Assembly: GCA_964463155.1 (NCBI GenBank)
Contig: CAYXAY010000006.1
Coordinates: 2,346 to 31,142, forward strand
Source of the DNA: an uncultured archaeon
GTDB taxonomy: Archaea > Iainarchaeota > Iainarchaeia > Iainarchaeales > CSSED10-239
Direction of reading: 5' to 3'
DNA length: 28,797 bases
Part shown: positions 22,830 to 28,797 of the stretch, piece after piece
Numbering within the stretch: position 1 is the first letter of the stretch
How the letters are laid out: the number at the start of each line of letters is the position of its first letter
The notes under the pieces: generated by a model
Database searches by the model: none
The model's input: only the letters and a program-made list of their open reading frames with translations
What the model was told of the DNA's origin: nothing
Position numbers and translations under genes: made by a program

Positions 22830-25688
22830 ATGAGTACTTATGATTTCTTAAATGCGGAGAAAAAATGGCAAAAACTATGGAGAGATAAAAAGATTGGTGT
22901 GGTTGAGCCAATCCCCGGTAAACCAAAATACTTTATAATCTGGGCATACCTAACGGTTTCAGGTTTTCACCATGTTGGACACATGAGGGGCTTTTCTTAT
23001 GCCGATGCTATTGCTAGATATAAGAGAATGAATGGATTTAATGTTTTGCTTTCTGCAGGAGGACACGCCTCAGGAAACTCAGCAGTTGCTAAGGCAAAAA
23101 AGATAGCAGAAAAAGAAAAAGATACAATTGAATATTACAAAGAAGCAGGACTAACAGACGCAGATATTAATCAAATATCAACACCAGAAGGCTTTGTTGA
23201 CTTCTTTTCTAAAAAATATGTTGAAGACTATAAGGCTTTTGGTTTTATTGGAGACTGGCAAAGATTTACAGTAACAACAAATCTAGACTATAATAAGTTT
23301 ATTGAATGGCAATTTAAAAAACTAAAAGAACTTGATCTTCTTGTTCAAGCACCATACTATGCAACATTTTGTGTTAACTGTGGGCCAGTAGCTGTTGATC
23401 CTTCAGAGATGGATCTTTCTAAAGGCGGAACTGCAGAGAAAAACGAATATACAATTATCAAACTACAATTTGAATTGCAAAACCAATTTATTGTTGTAGC
23501 AACACTTAGACCAGAAACAATGTTTGGACAAACTAATGTTTGGCTTAATCCTGCTCAAATTTATGTTAAGATACAAGTAGAAAAAGAAATATGGATTGCA
23601 AGTAGGGAATTTGCAGAAAAGCTAAAATTTCAAAGAGGCGAAGAAGTAAAAGTTTTAGAAAACATTTCCGGAAAAGAAATGCTTGGGAAGTATTGCCTTG
23701 CGCCTTATGTCAATAGAGAAATAATTATTCTACCATCAAAGTTTTGTGATTCAAACGTTGGAACAGGAATTGTAACTTCTGTTCCATCAGATGCTCCAGC
23801 GGACTATATTGGCCTTCATGATCTTCAAGTTTCTGAAAGGAAATGCAAGAAGTATGGTCTTGACTTTAATGTTATTAAAAACATAAAACCAATACCAATA
23901 ATCAAATCAAAAGATTTTGGGGAATATGCAGCAATTGAGATTTGTGAAAAGTTTGGAATAAAATCTCAAGACGATATAGAAAAACTAGAGCTTGCAAAAA
24001 GAGAAGTCTACAAGAAAGGCTTTCACACAGGTATTCTTCTAGACAGTTGTGGAGAATTTGCAGGAATGAAAGTAGAAGATGCAAAAAACAAAATTAAAGA
24101 AGATTTGATTTCAAAAAATCAAGCAAATATTTTCTATGACTTGTCTGAAGAGGTTCTTTGTAGATGTGGAGGAAAAGTTGTTATTAAAAAAGTACCTGAC
24201 CAATGGTTTATTGATTATAATAATAAACAACTTACTGACAAAACAAAGAAACATGTAGAAAAGATGCTTCTTTTGCCAGAGCAATTCAAGCAAAACCTCC
24301 CTGGAATTCTGGATTGGTTTGGACCAAGGGCTTGTGCTAGACAAGGAAGGTGGCTTGGAACAAAGCTTCCATTTGATGAAAGTTATACAATTGAGCCAAT
24401 AGCAGATAGCACTCTTTATCCTATCTATTACTTAGTAAGTAAATATGTTAATGAAGGAAAACTAAAAAACGAGCAATTAAGCGAGAAATTCTTTGATTAT
24501 GTATTCTTGGGTAAAGGTAAAGCTCAAGAAATTGGCACAGACAAATCTTTAACGGAACAAATAAGAAAAGATGTAGAGTATTGGTATCCGTTAGATATCA
24601 ATCTTGGAGGAAAAGAACACCAAACAGTTCATTTCCCTGTTTTTCTAATGAACCACATTGCCATTCTCCCAGAAAAGTATTATCCAAAAGGAATATTTGT
24701 TAACTGGTGGGTTGTTTCTAAAGTTGGAAAGATTTCTAAATCGAAAGGTGGAGTAGGAAGTCTAAGCGATGAAGCAAAAACCTATTCAGTTGATGCAATG
24801 AGACTTTTCTATGCAAACATTGCTAATCCTTTTGTAGATATTTTTTTTGAAAAAGAAGATCTTATTAATTACAAACAAAGACTTGATAAGATTTATAACT
24901 TTGTAGAAGATATACTTGAAACAAAAGAAAATAATAAAGACACAAGACTTGATGGCTGGTTAGAATCGATGTGGAATACAAGACTTAAATCCATTACTGA
25001 AGCTATGGAAATAATAGAATTCAAGAATGCAACAGATGATATTTATTTTAATTTCTATAATGACCTTTGTTGGTATAGAAACAGAGATGGAAGTAATAAG
25101 GATCTTCTAAAATATGTCTTGCAACAATGGATTTTAACAATGGGTCTTTTCACACCACACTTGTCTGAAGAACTTAATGAAAAGCTTGGTGCAAAAGAAC
25201 TTGTTTCAATTTCAAATTTCCCAAAAACAGATGAAAAGAAAATAAATGCTCAAATAATAGACGAAGAAAAAAGAGTTGAAAAGACAATATCTGAAATAAG
25301 AAATGTAATGAAGATGTCTGGTATTGAAAAACCAAAAAAAATAACTCTTTTCATTTCTGAAAATTGGTTATATGATTTCTTTAAAGAACTAAAAGCAGAA
25401 ATTGAAGTTAAAGAAAATAGAAATGTTAAAGAACTAGTGCACAAATTCTTGGACAAATATTCTGGCAATAAAGAACTGGTGAATAAAACAATAACTTCAG
25501 CAATCAAAAATCCTGCAATGTTATCAGTTCCAGAAACCCAAAATAAGGAATTTACAATGTATTTGTTTGCAAGAGATTTCTTTTCTAAAATTTTTGAATG
25601 TAATGTTGAGATTGTAAAAGCAGAAAGCAGTAGTCATCCAAAATCAAAAACAGCTCTTCCTGGAAAGATAGGAATACTTGTAGAATAA
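22830..25688 (+). CDS. leuS: Leucyl-tRNA synthetase, archaeal type
   Basis: About 952 aa. HIGH motif HHVGH, KMSKS motif KISKS, and a CP1 editing domain (TLRPETMFGQTNVW, GTGIVTSVPSDAP). First ATG is at 22830; the track begins at TTG 22827. Confidence 0.93.
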   Translation: MSTYDFLNAEKKWQKLWRDKKIGVVEPIPGKPKYFIIWAYLTVSGFHHVGHMRGFSYADAIARYKRMNGFNVLLSAGGHASGNSAVAKAKKIAEKEKDTIEYYKEAGLTDADINQISTPEGFVDFFSKKYVEDYKAFGFIGDWQRFTVTTNLDYNKFIEWQFKKLKELDLLVQAPYYATFCVNCGPVAVDPSEMDLSKGGTAEKNEYTIIKLQFELQNQFIVVATLRPETMFGQTNVWLNPAQIYVKIQVEKEIWIASREFAEKLKFQRGEEVKVLENISGKEMLGKYCLAPYVNREIIILPSKFCDSNVGTGIVTSVPSDAPADYIGLHDLQVSERKCKKYGLDFNVIKNIKPIPIIKSKDFGEYAAIEICEKFGIKSQDDIEKLELAKREVYKKGFHTGILLDSCGEFAGMKVEDAKNKIKEDLISKNQANIFYDLSEEVLCRCGGKVVIKKVPDQWFIDYNNKQLTDKTKKHVEKMLLLPEQFKQNLPGILDWFGPRACARQGRWLGTKLPFDESYTIEPIADSTLYPIYYLVSKYVNEGKLKNEQLSEKFFDYVFLGKGKAQEIGTDKSLTEQIRKDVEYWYPLDINLGGKEHQTVHFPVFLMNHIAILPEKYYPKGIFVNWWVVSKVGKISKSKGGVGSLSDEAKTYSVDAMRLFYANIANPFVDIFFEKEDLINYKQRLDKIYNFVEDILETKENNKDTRLDGWLESMWNTRLKSITEAMEIIEFKNATDDIYFNFYNDLCWYRNRDGSNKDLLKYVLQQWILTMGLFTPHLSEELNEKLGAKELVSISNFPKTDEKKINAQIIDEEKRVEKTISEIRNVMKMSGIEKPKKITLFISENWLYDFFKELKAEIEVKENRNVKELVHKFLDKYSGNKELVNKTITSAIKNPAMLSVPETQNKEFTMYLFARDFFSKIFECNVEIVKAESSSHPKSKTALPGKIGILVE

Positions 25689-25723
25689 GGTTTATAAATT
25701 GAGTGTTTGATAATATTATTAAA

Positions 25724-26161
25724 ATGAAAAATAGTGATAAAATGGCAGCAAAAGAACTTTATACTGCTTTTCTTAAAGCAATAAAAGAGAATAAAGGAAA
25801 AATTGTAAATACAAATATAAATGGGGTGGATGCAAAAGTTTATTTGTTAAATACTACAACTTCGAGAGTTGTTCTTGATTTAAATGATTTATCAATTTAT
25901 CAAGTAAAAACAATTTCTGGAAGAAAACTAATTTTTAATAAACTTGCAAACACAGATGATTTAAACAAAAAAAATATAAAAGAAGACAATCTTAAAAAAG
26001 CGTTAAAAAATCTAGGAAAACAATTTTCAGATGATATGAAAGGAAGCTTTCTAGAAAAATTACAAGCGATGAGAGCTATAAAACACAAAACATTAGCAAA
26101 AACAAAAATAAGAAAAACAATTGTAAAAAGAGCGACATTAAAAAGATCTGTTGCTAAATAA
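25724..26161 (+). CDS. Hypothetical basic protein
   Basis: Open frame with a Lys/Arg-rich C-terminus. TATA-like gtttataaatt at 25690-25700 sits about 25-30 nt before ATG 25724, so I prefer that start over the tracked GTG 25703. No recognisable motif. Confidence 0.45.
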   Translation: MKNSDKMAAKELYTAFLKAIKENKGKIVNTNINGVDAKVYLLNTTTSRVVLDLNDLSIYQVKTISGRKLIFNKLANTDDLNKKNIKEDNLKKALKNLGKQFSDDMKGSFLEKLQAMRAIKHKTLAKTKIRKTIVKRATLKRSVAK

Positions 26162-26162
26162 G

Positions 26163-26171
26163 TTTTTTTTT
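26163..26171 (+). terminator. Oligo-T tract (T9), candidate archaeal terminator for CDS 25724-26161
   Basis: T9 begins 2 nt after the TAA stop. Archaeal termination commonly uses oligo-T runs. The tract overlaps the stop codon of the convergent GTPase gene. Confidence 0.35.
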
Positions 26172-27366
26172 ATTTTCCACTTACTATTTCTATTACATCA
26201 TTTGTTTTTAGTTGATGCGCTCTACCAAGAAGCATTTTTGTTTTAACATCAATGGCTTTGATAAAGTTGTCACCAAAATCAGTATGAAGTTTGTAAGCAA
26301 AGTCAAGAGTGGTTGAACCGGAAGGCATTAAGAAACAATCTGGCAACACATTTCCGTCTTTATCCTTCAAACTTTTTGTTCCACCAGGATAAATTGCAAT
26401 ATATTTTAAAACATCAAAAGCACATTTGTCAAGAATATCTTGAACACCAGTGGAACCATAGACATCAAGAATATTCTTTTGAACAAACTCTAGTCCTTTC
26501 TTCTGTTTTTCAGGAACGTCTTCTATAAGAATTGTAAATTTATTACTGCCAGGAAGATAATCAATTATTTTATTTTTATCTGCAGTCTTTAAAGCAAGTT
26601 CAGATTCTGCAGAACAGCAAACAATCAAAAGCTCTGGAAACTTTGCTTTAAGTGCCTCAAGTCTTTCTTTAGAACCAGGCATATCAATCTTGTTTGCAGC
26701 AATAACTATTGGCTTTGTTGTTTCTCTTATCTTCCTTGTAAAAGCCCAAAGCTCGTCGTCTGTCCAATTAATAATTTCCTTTTCATAAAGAGGAAGAGAT
26801 TTTAAAATATGTTCTAGGATTCCTTCAGATATCCCCATGCCACTCATAAAAGATAAAAGAGTGTTAAGTGTCTTTGTTTTTCTTACTTGTTGTTCCTTTC
26901 CAAGCTTTTCACAGTTTTTCTTAAAGATACCATAAAGCCAAGTTTCTATTTCCTTTAAAAGAAAAGAAATTTCGTTAGCAGGATCACATGACCCAAGAGC
27001 AACTGGCCTTCCTTCTTCATCTGTTGAGCCCGAAACGTCAATAACTTGAATCAATGCTTCAGCTTGGTAGAGATCTGTCAAAAACTTGTTACCAAGACCT
27101 CTTCCTTCACTAGCCCCCGGCACAAGACCAGCAACATCAATGATATCAACAGGAAGAAACCTTATGTGTTCCTTACAATAACCGTGTCTTGGATTACATT
27201 GAGTATTAAAGAAAGTATCTACACAAGGATTTCTAACAAAGCCAATACCTTTATTAGGGTCAATTGTAGTAAAAGGATAATTAGCGGCCTCAGCATCCAT
27301 CAAGGTAAGTGCCTTAAAAAAAGTGGTCTTTCCAACATTAGGTTTACCAACAACACCAATAATCAT
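26170..27366 (-). CDS. Obg-family GTPase (YchF/Ygr210-like) with C-terminal TGS domain
   Basis: G1 GKPNVGKTT, G2 region YPFTTIDPN, G3 DVAGLVPGA, G4 NKID, and a C-terminal TGS-like FIKAIDVKTKMLLGRAHQLKTNDVIEI. Confidence 0.88.
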   Translation of the reverse strand: MIIGVVGKPNVGKTTFFKALTLMDAEAANYPFTTIDPNKGIGFVRNPCVDTFFNTQCNPRHGYCKEHIRFLPVDIIDVAGLVPGASEGRGLGNKFLTDLYQAEALIQVIDVSGSTDEEGRPVALGSCDPANEISFLLKEIETWLYGIFKKNCEKLGKEQQVRKTKTLNTLLSFMSGMGISEGILEHILKSLPLYEKEIINWTDDELWAFTRKIRETTKPIVIAANKIDMPGSKERLEALKAKFPELLIVCCSAESELALKTADKNKIIDYLPGSNKFTILIEDVPEKQKKGLEFVQKNILDVYGSTGVQDILDKCAFDVLKYIAIYPGGTKSLKDKDGNVLPDCFLMPSGSTTLDFAYKLHTDFGDNFIKAIDVKTKMLLGRAHQLKTNDVIEIVSGK

Positions 27367-27494
27367 AAAATCATTCCTTAATATATTATTTACGGAAACT
27401 ACTTTTTAAAAACAGAACTTATTGTCAAAAATAAAATTAAAAACTTATATAAATATTTTCTTATAATATATTATTGTTTATTGTGGTGTTTGTT

Positions 27495-28797
27495 ATGGGC
27501 ATAAGAAAAGCAGAAACTAAATTCTCTCAAAAAGGGGTATCAACATTAGTTACTGTTGTACTAATCATAGTAGTTGTAGTTATTATCGCAATTTTGATTT
27601 TAGGATTTGGTAAAGGATTCATTTCAAGTAGTGTAAATCTTGCAAGCTCTATATTTGACACAAAAGATTTATTAAAGGCAAATCTTACAGTTATGGAATT
27701 TATTCCAGCAACTCTTGAAAATTCAGGATATCTGATGTTAAAAAATATTGATGATAAGCAAATTACAATCTTAGCATATACTATTGCAGACGATGAAGGA
27801 TATTCTCAGAATATTATGCTAGATAGTGAAACAACAATTCTCTCTGGGGGAACAGCAATCATGCCGATTGATTTTATTTTTCCTGGGACAAAAGTAATTT
27901 TTACAATATATAATAATGATGGATATTATACTTTGCCTGTAATTACAAAAGCAGCTCAAAGCACACCTGCAATTGAAGCAGTAACTTTTAGTGTTCCAAC
28001 AGGTACATATAATGCAAATCAATCAATAACCCTAAGCTCAACAACGACTAATGCAACAATATATTACACAACAGATGGAAGCGCACCCACAACATCAAGC
28101 ACAAAATATTCAAGCGCAGTTAGCATCACTCAAAGCACAACATTAAAAGCAATAGCGTATTTAAGAGGATTTACAAGCACAGAAGCAAGTGCGGTATACA
28201 CTTTACAAGTTCCTGCATCATTTATTCCTAGTCAACCAACAGGAACATATTATACAGACCTTTCAGTTTCTTTTAGTTCAATACCATCTGGAGCAACGGT
28301 TTATTATACTTTAAATGGAAGTGTTCCAACAACATCATCAACAGCATATACTCCTAACACTTCGTTTTCGATAGACCAGACAAGAACATTAAGAGCAATT
28401 GCTGTAAAGACTGGCTGGACAAACAGTACAGAAATTACAAGAACATATACTATGGTGGTTGCAGCACCAACAGATTTTCCAGGAGAAGGAACCTATAGTG
28501 AAGCTCAATTAGTGACTTTAGAAACCTCAACATCAGACAGTAAAATTTATTATACTATAGATGGTAGTCAGCCAACAATATTTAGCACATTGTACGATAG
28601 CCCATTTATAATCTCAGAAACAACAACATTAAAAGCAAGAGCTTTTAGAAGTGATTGGACAGATAGTGGAACATTAACTTCAACATACACTATTGGTGAA
28701 AGTCAAGTAGGACAATTACTGTTTTCTGCAGGAGAAAATTATACTTGTGCAGTTAACGCAGAAGGAGAAGTATATTGTTGGGGAAATAACAGTGATG
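27495..28797 (+). CDS. Pilin-signal surface adhesin-like protein (3' end outside window): class III signal peptide, N-terminal domain, 3 chitobiase-C-like repeats, start of RCC1 repeats
   Basis: Not in the ORF track because it runs off the window. Translating from ATG 27495 gives 434 stop-free codons. MGIRKAETKFSQKG|VSTLVTVVLIIVVVVIIAILIL is an archaeal pilin-N-type signal. There are three (S/T)xPxGTY...IYYT(T/L/I)(D/N)GS.PT..S..Y...tLkA.A repeats. The visible end GENYTCAVNAEGEVYCWGNNSD is RCC1-like. Confidence 0.8.
   Translation, partial: MGIRKAETKFSQKGVSTLVTVVLIIVVVVIIAILILGFGKGFISSSVNLASSIFDTKDLLKANLTVMEFIPATLENSGYLMLKNIDDKQITILAYTIADDEGYSQNIMLDSETTILSGGTAIMPIDFIFPGTKVIFTIYNNDGYYTLPVITKAAQSTPAIEAVTFSVPTGTYNANQSITLSSTTTNATIYYTTDGSAPTTSSTKYSSAVSITQSTTLKAIAYLRGFTSTEASAVYTLQVPASFIPSQPTGTYYTDLSVSFSSIPSGATVYYTLNGSVPTTSSTAYTPNTSFSIDQTRTLRAIAVKTGWTNSTEITRTYTMVVAAPTDFPGEGTYSEAQLVTLETSTSDSKIYYTIDGSQPTIFSTLYDSPFIISETTTLKARAFRSDWTDSGTLTSTYTIGESQVGQLLFSAGENYTCAVNAEGEVYCWGNNSD
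27978..28694 (+). repeat. Three tandem ~80-aa domain repeats (chitobiase/beta-hexosaminidase C-terminal-like, Thr/Ser-rich) within CDS 27495->
   Basis: Repeat units at about 27978-28208, 28209-28454 and 28455-28694 share PTGTY/GEGTY, (I/V)YYT.(D/N)GS.PT, TLKA(I/R)A and YT(L/M/I) endings. Confidence 0.7.

Noticed and set aside
27819-28022. 67-aa strikingly Cys-rich ORF (MICIICTCWNTKSYCFNCRC...), which looks like a Cys-rich peptide or metal-binding protein
   Set aside because: It lies antisense inside the long pilin-signal adhesin ORF. The Cys codons (TGT/TGC) are simply the reverse complement of that gene's abundant ACA/GCA (Thr/Ala) codons. There is no promoter or RBS context.
1-28797. Looked for CRISPR arrays, IS elements or transposases, integrases, prophage genes, toxin-antitoxin pairs, restriction-modification or other known defence systems, inteins and rRNA
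   Set aside because: There are no regularly spaced direct repeats, inverted terminal repeats or recombinase-like ORFs. The two stand-alone methyltransferases lack partner nucleases. LeuRS, ProRS and ligase lengths are normal, so there are no intein insertions. The only repeats are protein-domain repeats inside two surface-protein genes.

Overview
AT-rich (roughly one-third G+C by eye) and very gene-dense chromosomal fragment, about 90% coding. Several genes have 0-4 nt gaps or overlaps, and two convergent pairs abut stop-to-stop. It reads as archaeal, most plausibly a small-genome DPANN-type lineage. That assignment is inference from archaeal/eukaryal-type ProRS and LeuRS, an ATP-dependent DNA ligase, Trm5 rather than TrmD, a Bud23-like methyltransferase, archaeal class III (pilin-type) signal peptides, tRNA genes without encoded CCA, and TATA-like boxes about 25 nt upstream of many ATGs. 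I support 26 protein-coding genes (2 cut by the window edges) and 3 tRNAs (Pro-UGG, Asn-GUU, Asp-GUC). I see no rRNA, CRISPR array, transposase, integrase or phage genes. Housekeeping content: AlaRS (3' part), ProRS, LeuRS, DNA ligase, ScpA/ScpB, Trm5, an Obg-family GTPase, MscS, DedA and methyltransferases. The non-routine content is a dispersed cell-surface/type IV pilus-like toolkit: (i) a FlaI/TadA-family secretion ATPase carrying an N-terminal ferredoxin-like poly-Cys domain, followed by two separate TadB/TadC-like platform genes; (ii) two large proteins with archaeal pilin-type signal peptides fused to repeated adhesin-like domains (4x PKD-like with conserved Cys pairs; 3x chitobiase-C-like plus RCC1); (iii) a single-domain KaiC/ArlH-like ATPase divergent from one of them; (iv) an ATPase-less, apparently extracytoplasmic Lon-type S16 peptidase translationally coupled to scpB; (v) a membrane-anchored double-HKD PLD-family protein. 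Other oddities are a PRPP-synthetase homolog whose canonical catalytic motifs look degenerate, a G+C-elevated non-coding block upstream of tRNA-Asn, and a 15-nt motif shared by two promoters. All homology calls come from motif recognition by eye. No database search was run.
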